NCBI GenBank assembly: GCA_965262645.1 | Contig: CBDHFO010000017.1 | Coordinates: 2,616,582 to 2,680,581 of the forward strand | DNA from: Candidatus Marinacidobacterium sp. | GTDB taxonomy: Bacteria > Acidobacteriota > Vicinamibacteria > Marinacidobacterales > Marinacidobacteraceae | Reading direction: 5' to 3' | DNA length: 64,000 nt | Part shown: in pieces, positions 27,866 through 37,844 of the stretch | Layout of the letters: every line of letters starts with the position of its first letter | Numbering within the stretch: position 1 is the first letter of the stretch | The notes under the pieces: model-generated | What the model was told of the DNA's origin: nothing | Databases searched by the model: none | The model's input: only the letters and a program-made list of their open reading frames with translations | Program-made: the position numbers and the translations under genes

Positions 27866-28618
27866 ATGGAGCTCGGGCTGGCGCTGTTCCCGGCGCTTGG
27901 CGGATATCTCTTCCTACTCGCGTGTAGCCTCACGCGGCCGCGGGTGCAGCCGCTACCCGGGTATCACCTGGTGTTCGCCTGTGCCTTGGCGGGTGTTTTC
28001 TTCTATGCCGTTTCTTTCTTGGTTGCGGTTGGCTTCGATCTGGGTAACGCGCGGGTCGTGAAGGCCGCGCTCGCTCACGCAACGCTCGGCGAGCAATACG
28101 GGACGGTCGTCTCGGCGGCTGTGCTGAGCGTAATCCTCGCTGCGGTTGTCGCTGTCCTCGTAGACGGGTGCGCTCTGGTCGTAGAGAGGTGTGCTTCGAT
28201 CATGTCCGGGCGGGTTCCGCGCGAGATGGCAAACCTTAGAGCGGCGGAACGAGCTGGAAGGCTACGGGAGGTCCTCCTTCACAACGCCATGAGCGAACGC
28301 GGACTCGTGGAGGTCTCTCTGGAAACGGGGAAGTCTTACGTCGCGTTCGTCCAGAAGATCATCATCGGGCAACCGCAGAGTGCGGATGTTCTCCTGGTTC
28401 CCGTGCTGAGCGGTTACAGGCATCCCGAGACACTAAGTCTGCACCTCACCACGAATTACTTCCCGATCATCGAGTGGCAGCAGGCACAAGGGATGACCGG
28501 TGACCTGCCGGTCGGCGTACCCGTGTCGGCGATTGTGTCGGTGCGACCGTTCGATCTCGAAGTTTGGAGTACGTTCCCAGATCCGTCGTTGGCGGGTCCG
28601 CGCGCCGATACGGCGTAG
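27866..28618 (+). CDS. hypothetical membrane protein
   Basis: 250 aa with four N-terminal TM helices and a soluble C-terminal half. It sits in a locally lower-GC patch and I recognise no family. Confidence 0.45.
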   Translation: MELGLALFPALGGYLFLLACSLTRPRVQPLPGYHLVFACALAGVFFYAVSFLVAVGFDLGNARVVKAALAHATLGEQYGTVVSAAVLSVILAAVVAVLVDGCALVVERCASIMSGRVPREMANLRAAERAGRLREVLLHNAMSERGLVEVSLETGKSYVAFVQKIIIGQPQSADVLLVPVLSGYRHPETLSLHLTTNYFPIIEWQQAQGMTGDLPVGVPVSAIVSVRPFDLEVWSTFPDPSLAGPRADTA

Positions 28619-28623
28619 CCGCG

Positions 28624-30159
28624 ATGACCAACTTCCGGACCATCCTGGGCGCCTTCCGCTCCTGGCGGACCCTCTCGGTCTCCCTGCTCTCGTTCTCCTC
28701 GGGGATTCCCCTTGGACTCGTCTGGATCGCCATTCCCGACTGGATGCGCGACATCGGCGTGGACATCCGCATCGTCGGGCTCTTCAACCTGGCGCAGATC
28801 CCCTGGGCGTTCAAGGTCCTCTGGTCACCCTTCATGGATCGCTACGTCCCGGGCTTTTGGGGACGGCGGCGGGGCTGGATGGCGGTCACCCAGGTGGCTC
28901 TTTTGGGCCTCTGCCTCCTGCTCGGGGGTGTCGGGGACGACCCCGACGCCATCTGGGTGGTGGGGGCGCTGGCGCTCGCCCTCGGGATCGCTTCCGCTTC
29001 GCAGGACATCGTGGTGGACGCCTACGCCGTCGAGGTGCTCCGCCCCGAGGAGCACGGGGTGGCGGTGGGCGCCCGGGTGGCGCTCTACCGCGCCGCGATG
29101 CTGGTCGCCGGAGGGGGTGCGATCAGCCTGGCGGCGCTTTTCGGCTGGGGGGTGGTGAACGCGCTGCTGGGGCTGATCTTCTTCCCCATGCTGTTCATCA
29201 CCTGGCGCGCACCCGAGCCGGAGGAAAGCTTCCAGCCCCCCCGCACCCTGCGCGATGCGGTCTGGAAGCCTTTCCTGGAGGCCCTTTCCCGGCCCCGGGC
29301 TCTGGAAATCCTGGCCTTCGTCTTCTTCTACAAGTTCGCCGACAACCTGGCCCAGGCGCTCACCCGCCCCTTCCTGATCGACATGGGATACGGCGGCGGA
29401 CACCGGGGCATCGCGCTCGGCACCGTGGGCCTGGTGGCGGTCATCGTCGGCACCTTCGCCGGCGGGATGTTCACCACGCTGGCCGGGCTCGGACCGGCGC
29501 TCTGGCTCTTCGGCGGGCTCCAGATCTTCTCGAATCTCGGCTACTTCTTCGTCGCCGGCGCCGACGGCAGCCTCGCCTGGATGTACGGGGCCTCGGCTTT
29601 CGAGTTGCTGACCGGAGGGCTCGGCACCGGGGCGTTCTCCGTGCTCCTGCTCCGGATCACCGAAAAGCGCTTCTCGGCGACCCAGTACGCGCTCTTTTCC
29701 GGGCTCTTCGCGCTGCCGCGCCTGCTCGCCGGCCCCTTCAGCGGTTTCGCGGTGGACGCCATCGGCTGGCGGACCTTTTTCCTGTCCACGATGGCGATGG
29801 GGATCCCCGGCCTGATCCTCCTCCATCGCTTCTCCCCGCTCGGGGTCCGCGATCCGGAGATCCGGTTCGGCGGCGGTGACGAACCGGCAGCGCCCCGCCT
29901 TTCCTCCGGCCTCGCCGGCCGTTTTGCGATCGCGGCCCTTCTCGGCGGCGGGACGGTCTTCGGCTTCGCCGTCCTGCTCGGCGCCCTCAAGGCGATGCGG
30001 CTCGAGCCCGAGTCCGGCTTCTCGCTCATCGCGGGGCTCGATCCCATCCTCAATCCGGCGTCCTTTGCGGATTGGGTGCAGGTGGGCGGCATTGTGGTGT
30101 TGGGCCTGATCTCCGGTCTCTTCGGGGCCGCCTTCGCCGCCGCTCGGCGGCGGGGATAA
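28624..30159 (+). CDS. ampG: AmpG-family muropeptide MFS transporter
   Basis: LLSFSSGIPLGLVWIAIPDWMRDIGVDIRIVGLFNLAQIPWAFKVLWSPFMDRY...GRRRGWM is the classic AmpG N-terminus. Confidence 0.85.
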   Translation: MTNFRTILGAFRSWRTLSVSLLSFSSGIPLGLVWIAIPDWMRDIGVDIRIVGLFNLAQIPWAFKVLWSPFMDRYVPGFWGRRRGWMAVTQVALLGLCLLLGGVGDDPDAIWVVGALALALGIASASQDIVVDAYAVEVLRPEEHGVAVGARVALYRAAMLVAGGGAISLAALFGWGVVNALLGLIFFPMLFITWRAPEPEESFQPPRTLRDAVWKPFLEALSRPRALEILAFVFFYKFADNLAQALTRPFLIDMGYGGGHRGIALGTVGLVAVIVGTFAGGMFTTLAGLGPALWLFGGLQIFSNLGYFFVAGADGSLAWMYGASAFELLTGGLGTGAFSVLLLRITEKRFSATQYALFSGLFALPRLLAGPFSGFAVDAIGWRTFFLSTMAMGIPGLILLHRFSPLGVRDPEIRFGGGDEPAAPRLSSGLAGRFAIAALLGGGTVFGFAVLLGALKAMRLEPESGFSLIAGLDPILNPASFADWVQVGGIVVLGLISGLFGAAFAAARRRG

Positions 30160-30196
30160 AGGGTTCCATCGACTCGCCCGGTTAGATTCCCGGTAG

Positions 30197-32389
30197 ATGT
30201 ACCGGGTGCGCTCTGCGGTTGCGGTTCTGGCCGTTCTGGGCTGGGCTGCGTCCGGCTCCGCGTTCACCGGAACGGTGCTCCTCCTCAACGGCGAGCCCGC
30301 GGCGGGCGCCATCGTTCAGATCCTCGGGCATCCCGGTTCAGCCACCACCGACGCCAACGGCCGCTTCGAGTGGCTACCGGACCCGGTCCCCCCCTTCCAC
30401 GTGTTGGTGGTGCTTCCGGGCGAGCGCTACACCGCCCCCGTCGTCGTCGAGTCCTTCGACGGGAGCGAAGTGGAACTTCGCGTCGAGCCGCTCGGGGTGC
30501 AGGAGAGCGTCACCATCACCAGCGGCGCCGTGCCGCACACCGACGCCACGCCGGGAAGCGCCCCGGCGGTCATTTCCGGCGAGGCGATCCGCGTCCGCCA
30601 GGCGCCGCGGCTCACCGACGTGCTGGAGGCGGTTCCCGGAGGCGGGCGCGACAGCGATCTCCACGCCGGGGTCCCCTCGATTCGCGGCCTCTCGGGGGGC
30701 CGGACGGTGCTGCTCCTGGACGGGGCGCGGATCACCAGCGAGCGCCGGGCCGGGCCGAGCGCCACCTTCCTCGATCCGTTCTTCCTCGAAGCCGTCGAGG
30801 TGGTGCGCGGTCCGTCCTCGGTGGCCTACGGCTCGGACGCTTTCGGCGGCGTCATCCACGCCCGGACGCGGCGCCCGGTTCCCGGCGACCCCCTCGCGGC
30901 TCGGGCCCGCGCCACCTGGGGCGCCGGCCTTCCGGAAGCGAGCTTCGGGGCCGAGGTCGCGGGGACCGTTTTCGAGACCGGTCTGCTCGCCCAGGCGCGG
31001 CGCCGGGTCTTTTCCGAGTACTCGAGCCCCGAGGGCAGGGTTGCCCGGTCGGGCGCCGAGGATTACGGATTCCTGCTCCGCGGTTTGCGGGAGGTCGCGG
31101 GCGGCTTGCTCGGGCTGGGGCTCCAGGTCGACGCCGCGCGGAACGTGGGGCGCCCCCGGCGCTCCTCGTCGCTCACTTCCTATCCCTTCGAGGATTCGGC
31201 CCGGCTCGTTGCCGACTACCAGCTCGCCCCGCGCTGGGGGTTCGCGCGGCTGGACGCCACCGGGTTCGTCGGCGCCCACCGCCTGCTGACGCGGCGCGAG
31301 CAGGGCGGGGAAGCCGCGGATTCCGAGGTCGCGGCGCATGATTTCATGCTGCGGACGCGCGGCGTCCGGCCTCTCCGGGACGGCCGCCTCGAACTCGGCG
31401 CCGAGTTCCTGAGCCGTTTCGATGTCTATGCCGGGACCGGCGCTGACGGAATGACGGCGGCCCTCCCGGACGGGGGAGAGTTCGGCTCCGGCCTCGATGG
31501 CGCGGTGCGCCGCGAGGCGTCGATCTACGGCCACGCCGAGCAGCCGTTCGACGGGCGTCTTGCCGGGAGCGCGGGCGCGCGGCTTTCGGCGATCTCCAGC
31601 CGGGCCGGCCCGGCGTCCGGCGGCGCCCGCCCCCGGCCGGAAACGAGCCACGGAGCGCTCAGCGGTTTCCTCGCCCTGCGCGCCGACCTGACGCCCGGGG
31701 TCGCGCTTACCGGCCAGCTTTCCCGCGGCTTCCGCGATCCCACCCTCTCGGATCGCTACTACAGCGGGCTCACCGGCCGCGGCGTGGTGTACGGAAACCC
31801 CGACCTCCTCCCGGAGCGCGCGCTCCAGACCGACCTCGCCCTCCGCTTCGACCGGGGCGCCGTCCATGGCGGGCTCTACGCCTTCCGCTACCGCATCACC
31901 GATCTCGTCGAGCGCTACGAGAACGGTGAGGATCTCTACTTCTTCCGGAACCGGGGCGAGGCGCATCTTTCCGGCGTCGAATTCGAGGTCCAGATCGGCG
32001 CTCCGGGTGACAGCTTCCTGCTGGATCTCGCCGGCGGACTGACGCGCGGCCGGACGGAGGACGGGGCGGCCCTCGACGGAGTGCGCCCGGCGAACTTCCG
32101 TGCCGGGCTCCGCCATCGCCTCCGGGCGCGGAGCTTCGCCGAGGTCGTCCTGCTGGCGTTTACCGCGGACAGCGATCCAGGTCCCACCGAGTCGGCCATG
32201 GATGCCTACGCCCGCCTCGACGCCGCCGTCGGCTTCCCGATTGCCGGTGGCGCCGAACTGCGCGTCTCGGGCCGCAACCTGTTGAACGCGACCTACCCGA
32301 TCAGCGCCGACGCTCGCGCCGTCCTTGCCCCCGGGCGCAGCCTGGTCGGAACCATCGTCTGGACCCTCGGGAGCGACGCCGGTCCCTAA
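30197..32389 (+). CDS. TonB-dependent outer-membrane receptor
   Basis: Signal peptide, CarboxypepD_reg-like GTVLLLNGEPAAGAIVQI, plug motifs (IRGLSGGRTVLLLDGARI, VEVVRGPSSVAYGSDAFGGVI) and a long beta-barrel. Confidence 0.75.
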   Translation: MYRVRSAVAVLAVLGWAASGSAFTGTVLLLNGEPAAGAIVQILGHPGSATTDANGRFEWLPDPVPPFHVLVVLPGERYTAPVVVESFDGSEVELRVEPLGVQESVTITSGAVPHTDATPGSAPAVISGEAIRVRQAPRLTDVLEAVPGGGRDSDLHAGVPSIRGLSGGRTVLLLDGARITSERRAGPSATFLDPFFLEAVEVVRGPSSVAYGSDAFGGVIHARTRRPVPGDPLAARARATWGAGLPEASFGAEVAGTVFETGLLAQARRRVFSEYSSPEGRVARSGAEDYGFLLRGLREVAGGLLGLGLQVDAARNVGRPRRSSSLTSYPFEDSARLVADYQLAPRWGFARLDATGFVGAHRLLTRREQGGEAADSEVAAHDFMLRTRGVRPLRDGRLELGAEFLSRFDVYAGTGADGMTAALPDGGEFGSGLDGAVRREASIYGHAEQPFDGRLAGSAGARLSAISSRAGPASGGARPRPETSHGALSGFLALRADLTPGVALTGQLSRGFRDPTLSDRYYSGLTGRGVVYGNPDLLPERALQTDLALRFDRGAVHGGLYAFRYRITDLVERYENGEDLYFFRNRGEAHLSGVEFEVQIGAPGDSFLLDLAGGLTRGRTEDGAALDGVRPANFRAGLRHRLRARSFAEVVLLAFTADSDPGPTESAMDAYARLDAAVGFPIAGGAELRVSGRNLLNATYPISADARAVLAPGRSLVGTIVWTLGSDAGP

Positions 32390-32972
32390 CCGCCGGTAGG
32401 CCGAGCGGCCCGGTGCCGACGGTGGGGGCCTGGCCGGGAATCCAAGGGCGCCCGATCGGGGTTGTCGAAGAACAGGACACGGTGCGTCCCGATTCGATCA
32501 GGACAAATACCGTCGTAGGTCGCTCGTGCCATTTGGCTATGGGAACCGTTTCTCCAGTGGTACCGATGTCTGCTCTGCCGCGTCCCGTCATGGCGGAGCG
32601 CGCTCTGCCGTGGTGACAGTCCGGAACACGCGGCGAGAGTTCAACGTAGTGACAGATCTAGCTCCAAATGGGACGGCCGTGAATCGGTGGCTGTCGAAAA
32701 CTGTGGGAACCATGATTCCGTTCGACACGTATGGAGTCCGCAATGTTCTTGACATTCGTACGTGACTGGTTTATGTGACATTCATTACACCCTCAAAGTC
32801 CTGGACTTTCCGTGTTCTGAGAGGGTCTGAAGAGCGTTTGTACTGTGAAAGAATGCGAATACGTTCCACGCGCAAGAAATCACCTTTGGCACGCACGACT
32901 GATGCGTCTATTCCGTGCTGTGTGTGACATATGACACTGACACTCGGTTACGGGTGAGATGAGAACATCGCG

Positions 32973-34673
32973 ATGAATCTCACAGTCGCCGAGTTGGCAC
33001 GCGCCGTAAGGAAACACGAAAACTATGTGCGCCAACACATCCATCGGCGCCACCTTGCCGTTCGGAGACAGGGACGGAGTGTTTGTGTACCGCTTGACGA
33101 GGCTGTGAAATGGGCCGGCGCACGTGGCCTTTCTTTTACTCCGCCGAAACGGGTCCGGCTGACAGTCCTGGAAGAGGGAGAGAGGATTGCGCGGCTGACG
33201 GTTCTCGCCTGGAGCCGCCCGGACGGGAGGTCGCGGAATCTGCTCACGCTCCTGCGTCATCGGAAGCGCGAGTCCTTGGGTCCGTGGTCAGGCGAACCGG
33301 AAGCGGTCTGGGCTCTTGAATCACTCGGTGACGAGCTGAGTCTTTTTTCCTTCAACGCTTCGTATGCGGAGTGTCGAAAGCACCTCGACCACATCCTTGC
33401 TTCGGAGACGCTTGAGGTGCAGGGACAGGAGATTCACTACAACCTGGAGGACAAGGCCCGGCATCACTGGGCGTACCGGGACTACCGACGCCGTTCGGAT
33501 GCGTCCATACGCAGCCCGTTCTCGATGCACAGCGCCGCGATTACCGAGTACTGGAGCTTCGAGGACGAACCACACAAGCGTTGGCTGTCTCTACCCGACC
33601 CTCCGCCGACCCGCGTCCGGTCGGGACTTCGTCGCCTCGGGTTCCCCCTGGACCGATGCCCGGAGCGGGTCGGGAACCTGGTCATCGCCGCTGCCGAAGA
33701 CGCGATCACCTGTCGACTGACAGCGCATCAGGACCAGACGCTCCGACTCCACGTAGATGCCAAGGCTCTGTTGCCCGAGACGTATCGCGCGACGGTTTGG
33801 GCGAGCCACAGCGGAGACGAAGTACTGCGTAGGGAGGTGCCAATAACCGGCGGGCAGACAACCATCGAATTGATCTCCGGGGTGGATCGCACCGGTTTTG
33901 CGATCTGCAGAGACGTCGACGGCCAGTACGTGGATCTTGTCGAGAACGTGCCCAATAGCGAGGCAATGCATACCGTGATGCGGGGACACGAGTCGGCGCC
34001 GCGGTCTCCGGGGCCGGGATCCCGCGTTCCGCGTCGCGTCGGCGCTCCCCATTCGGCTTCCACGGCCCCTGGGTATCCCGATGTAACCCCCAGTCGACTC
34101 GACAGGGATATCCGGCAGCAGTGGCTCCATGGAGTGGCTTATCGGAAGGAAGCAGGCGCCAGGCGCGATGCGAACCTCTTGCGCTTCGGTCCCGGCCGGT
34201 TCGAGGAGGCGGCGCGGCACTTCTTGGATCTCGTGGCCAACGACTCGGAGACCGCAGGGCCCATATACCTCGCCGATCCGTGTTTCGTCGGCCACACGAT
34301 GGCGGATGAGGTGGCACAACTGTTCGTGGAAATGTGCGCCGCCATGCAGCGCAGGCCGCTGCGGATTCTGTGTGTCGAACCGGAGGCGGCCGATGCTCCA
34401 CCCTGGTGGGCAGGTTACCTTCGAAAGATCCGGGCAAACGTCACCGTGCGGACGTTCGTGAACCGAAGCGACGAGCGCGGAGGTTTCCACGACCGATATC
34501 TGATTACTCCCGCGCGTGAAATTCTGATGACGAACTCGTTCAACGGGTGGAACAGATTCGGGGTGACCTTCGTGAGTCTTCCCTACGGCGTGTACCGTGC
34601 AGAGGCGCAGCAACTGTGGGCTATGGACATGGATGCGCCAGCGTCGGACATCCTCGTGCGTGAGATCTCGTAG
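32973..34673 (+). CDS. uncharacterised 566-aa protein: N-terminal HTH, C-terminal PLD/MIT_C-like 'HDR' module
   Basis: MNLTVAELARAVRKHENYVRQHI (excisionase/MerR-like HTH). C-terminus GPIYLADPCF...LRILCVEP...GGFHDRYLITPAREILMTNSFNGW. Confidence 0.6.
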   Translation: MNLTVAELARAVRKHENYVRQHIHRRHLAVRRQGRSVCVPLDEAVKWAGARGLSFTPPKRVRLTVLEEGERIARLTVLAWSRPDGRSRNLLTLLRHRKRESLGPWSGEPEAVWALESLGDELSLFSFNASYAECRKHLDHILASETLEVQGQEIHYNLEDKARHHWAYRDYRRRSDASIRSPFSMHSAAITEYWSFEDEPHKRWLSLPDPPPTRVRSGLRRLGFPLDRCPERVGNLVIAAAEDAITCRLTAHQDQTLRLHVDAKALLPETYRATVWASHSGDEVLRREVPITGGQTTIELISGVDRTGFAICRDVDGQYVDLVENVPNSEAMHTVMRGHESAPRSPGPGSRVPRRVGAPHSASTAPGYPDVTPSRLDRDIRQQWLHGVAYRKEAGARRDANLLRFGPGRFEEAARHFLDLVANDSETAGPIYLADPCFVGHTMADEVAQLFVEMCAAMQRRPLRILCVEPEAADAPPWWAGYLRKIRANVTVRTFVNRSDERGGFHDRYLITPAREILMTNSFNGWNRFGVTFVSLPYGVYRAEAQQLWAMDMDAPASDILVREIS

Positions 34674-36817
34674 TGGCTGGCCCGTCCGGGACCGAACTCG
34701 CGCTGTCTCCCGTAATTCGGGCGGCGGTCTGGCGGATCTTCAGCGCCGGCGCGGCGCCCGGGACCAGAGGATCGGCTTTCGAGAACATCGAGCCCGTGAT
34801 CCGGCTGCACGTACCGCGGGCAGACCAGAATCGTGCCATCGGGACCATCCGAAGCTGGTTCGACGCGGGGACGCACGCAAGATGGCTGAATCCGGATCGC
34901 GCGGCGTTGGCTGCGGAACTGGTGCTTGAGGGCGTCGGCCCACGGCGTTCCGAGGATGCGATCTGGGCGATCGCCTCCATCGGGCTCGATCTTTCGGCTG
35001 GCATGATTCGTCGGCGCTGGTCGTCGGGTGAGAGTGACTCGTTTGTCGCGGCAGCGATCGAAGCGCTGAACGGCCTGGTGGCCGACTCTCCGATTGGGGG
35101 TAACTCGGCTGGGGAAGGGGAAGAAGCGGACGACGGAGGCTTTCGAGAGGCCGCATTGCGTGACGGGATGGTGGGCGCGTTCGCGCGTCTTGAGAAACAG
35201 AGTCTCGAACTCGTGAACCAGGGGCTGCACCCCACGGTGGCCAACCTGATCGATCTGGCGGTTGATCTGTCTCCTGAAGGCTCCCCGTTGCTCATCGAAC
35301 GGCTGCAAGCGCCGACGATGCAAGCGAAGGCGGCCCGCCGAATGGTGGCGCGGACGTCTCCACGCGAGCTGCCCCGGATCGTCGAATGGATCACGAACCG
35401 CTCGGTTGAGGCCGCCGTGGCGCTGTCCATCGTGCACACCCTGAGCGCGGTCCGGAAGATGGACGAGGGCCGGTTGGCCGGGGCCATCCTGAAGTCGCCC
35501 AAATCCGTAAGGGACGACGACGTCACCAGGGAGAAGGAGCCCCCGGACGCCGCCGCAAGTTTGCTGGCCCAACTGTTGGGACGGTTGGGACGCCTCGATC
35601 CACCGGTTTGCCTGCGTTGGGTCGGCGAACTTTTGAGCCGGGCGTCGCAAGCACTGTCGGCATCCGGCGATGAAGGAAAACCGCGCCGACTTGTGGAACT
35701 GGAAGAAGGGTGTACAAGACTGGCGGCAGGCCTCTTCCAGGATTGCGCGTCCCCGGATCTGCTCTCTCAATTCCAGTTCGGTCTGCGTCCTGGCCGAAGG
35801 AAGCGGTGGGTCCGCCACCAAACGGGGATTGCCAAGGCGATGCGGGAGCTGAGTCCGAAGCGCGCGGCGGAGCTCGCGCAGGCCACCCTCGATGAACACC
35901 GGCGCCGGTTGGCGGAGCCGTGGGACGGCCACTACCTCGCCTTCGACTGGGGCGACTGGAACGACCGAGAGTGGCTTGAAGGGTTGGGAACAGCGCTCGC
36001 GCTGTCTGGCGAAGAACTCGATCTCCACGTGTGGGTAGCGAATGAGTGCCGAGACCTGCCGCTCAGTGTCTGGGATGCTGAGGAGGATCTCGACTCGTTT
36101 GCGATCTCGGAACAGATCGCCCAGCACTGGTTGCTGGTGGCGCTGCTCGCGATTCCGCGCCGCAGCGAGTTCGGCCAGCCAATCGAGCACTCCCAGGTCT
36201 GTGCCCTGGCCGAAGCCGTGTGGGCGCATTGCAGGTTTTGCCGGCAACACCTCGACAAACACCCGGAAGCATCTGTCGCTGCCGAACTGGCTGCCCGCTA
36301 TGCAATGCAGTTCGGCCAGGCAGACGATCAGTGGGTTCTTGACCAGGCCCGCCGTGAGGGCGTCGGCCCCAGGGCCCTCTGCGTGCTCGTAGAAGAGCGA
36401 CGAGTCCGCCGCCGGCAGCCGGGAGAGGGCAATCCCGGCTACGACGAGATGATCATGGCCGAGCTTGTGCGCATTGCTTCGAACCGGTTCGAGGATGGTG
36501 GCCAGTTCGATCTGGACACCCTGGGGTACTGGGGAAAGCTGTGGCTGTCCCTCGGCGCCGTGGATCAGGCGGAACGCACGGCGATGGCAATCGTCAGTTT
36601 CCCCTTGCGGGCGACGGATCGGAACTTCCGCATTCTGGCGCTGAAACTCCTCGGCCTGGTCGTGCGGACTCGCAAGCCGGCGCGCGGTGTCACGGAGTAC
36701 GTGGCCCCGCTCTACAACCAGCTCTGGCCCGTGTTCGGAAGAACCCCGGCCGAGGAGGAGGTAGGCCGCCAGGAGATCGAGCGGGCGTTCATCGGCTCGG
36801 AACTCATCGCTCTCTAG
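34673..36817 (+). CDS. uncharacterised 714-aa alpha-helical protein
   Basis: GTG overlaps the upstream stop (TAGTG at 34671-75). Long uninterrupted ORF with a helical-repeat-like composition. No Walker or nuclease motifs seen. Confidence 0.55.
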   Translation: MAGPSGTELALSPVIRAAVWRIFSAGAAPGTRGSAFENIEPVIRLHVPRADQNRAIGTIRSWFDAGTHARWLNPDRAALAAELVLEGVGPRRSEDAIWAIASIGLDLSAGMIRRRWSSGESDSFVAAAIEALNGLVADSPIGGNSAGEGEEADDGGFREAALRDGMVGAFARLEKQSLELVNQGLHPTVANLIDLAVDLSPEGSPLLIERLQAPTMQAKAARRMVARTSPRELPRIVEWITNRSVEAAVALSIVHTLSAVRKMDEGRLAGAILKSPKSVRDDDVTREKEPPDAAASLLAQLLGRLGRLDPPVCLRWVGELLSRASQALSASGDEGKPRRLVELEEGCTRLAAGLFQDCASPDLLSQFQFGLRPGRRKRWVRHQTGIAKAMRELSPKRAAELAQATLDEHRRRLAEPWDGHYLAFDWGDWNDREWLEGLGTALALSGEELDLHVWVANECRDLPLSVWDAEEDLDSFAISEQIAQHWLLVALLAIPRRSEFGQPIEHSQVCALAEAVWAHCRFCRQHLDKHPEASVAAELAARYAMQFGQADDQWVLDQARREGVGPRALCVLVEERRVRRRQPGEGNPGYDEMIMAELVRIASNRFEDGGQFDLDTLGYWGKLWLSLGAVDQAERTAMAIVSFPLRATDRNFRILALKLLGLVVRTRKPARGVTEYVAPLYNQLWPVFGRTPAEEEVGRQEIERAFIGSELIAL

Positions 36818-37060
36818 CCGCCCGACGGTGTCCGGAGACGGCCAGGGGTGGGGCAGCCTGCCCGTCCGTGTTACGCCGCGCTGCCTCCGAGGACGCCCTT
36901 CAAGCCGCCGGCTCGTTCCGGATCCTGCCTCGCGGTTGCGCACCCCGAGGTGATTCGCATCGCCAGTCGCAGCCCTTGGGATGCGAAGATCCCCTGCGGT
37001 GCGATCTTCCGCCTCTGACGCTGGCGTTCGGGGCGGCGCCGTGCCGGCGAACAAATAGCC

Positions 37061-37678
37061 ATGACAACGAAACCCGGTGACGGACCAGGCACCCACCAGG
37101 AGCGCATGGCGGCGCTCCAGGCCGAAGTGCGGAAGAAGCGCGCCACCGCCCGCGATCCGGGGCGGGGGCTCGTGCTGGTCCACACCGGGGACGGGAAGGG
37201 CAAGTCCAGTTCCGCCTTCGGGGTGATCGCGCGGACGCTCGGTTGGGGTCGGCGGGTCGGCGTGGTTCAGTTCATCAAGGGCAACTGGAAAACCGGTGAG
37301 CGTCAGTTCTTTGGCCGTTTCCCGGAGCAGGTGGTCTGGCGGACCCTGGGTGAGGGATTCACCTGGGATACCCAGGACCGGGCTCGTGATGTCGAAGTCG
37401 CCGAAGCCGCGTTCGCCGCCGCGCGGGAGATGCTCGTTTCCGGCGATTTCGACCTCGTCGTCCTCGACGAGATCAACGTGGTGATGAGCTTCGACTATCT
37501 CGGCTGCGACGCCGTCCTCGCTGGCCTGAAGGCGCGCGCCGCGCGCACGAGCGTGATCCTGACCGGGCGCGGCGCCCTCCCGGAGGTCATGGACTACGCC
37601 GATCTGGTCACCGAGATGCGGGAGGTGAAGCATCCCTTTGCGGCCGGGATCAAGGCCCAGCGCGGGATCGACTACTGA
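37061..37678 (+). CDS. cobO: cob(I)yrinic acid a,c-diamide adenosyltransferase
   Basis: GLVLVHTGDGKGKSSSAFGVIARTLGWGRRVGVVQFIKGNWKTGE and DLVVLDEIN are CobO/BtuR signatures. Confidence 0.85.
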   Translation: MTTKPGDGPGTHQERMAALQAEVRKKRATARDPGRGLVLVHTGDGKGKSSSAFGVIARTLGWGRRVGVVQFIKGNWKTGERQFFGRFPEQVVWRTLGEGFTWDTQDRARDVEVAEAAFAAAREMLVSGDFDLVVLDEINVVMSFDYLGCDAVLAGLKARAARTSVILTGRGALPEVMDYADLVTEMREVKHPFAAGIKAQRGIDY

Positions 37679-37844
37679 CGGCCGAGACCGGGGATCCGGG
37701 TTGCCGCACCGCCGCCGGGCGCCGCGGCGCCTGCGGAGCCGGGCGACCAGACGGGCGGATTCTCTTCCTGTGGTGTCTTCACGGGTCCGCAGCGGGCGGC
37801 CGGTGGGCCAGAATTGCGCCCGTGCCTCCGGTCGCCCCGATTTC

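Noticed and set aside
36818-37060. Cobalamin riboswitch upstream of cobO
   Set aside because: Only a B12-box-like string (GTCCGGAGACGGCC at 36831-44) was seen. It sits right after the upstream stop codon, with no room for the 5' part of the aptamer. I could not trace the conserved GGGAA/GGUG core. A covariance-model scan (Rfam RF00174) would be decisive.
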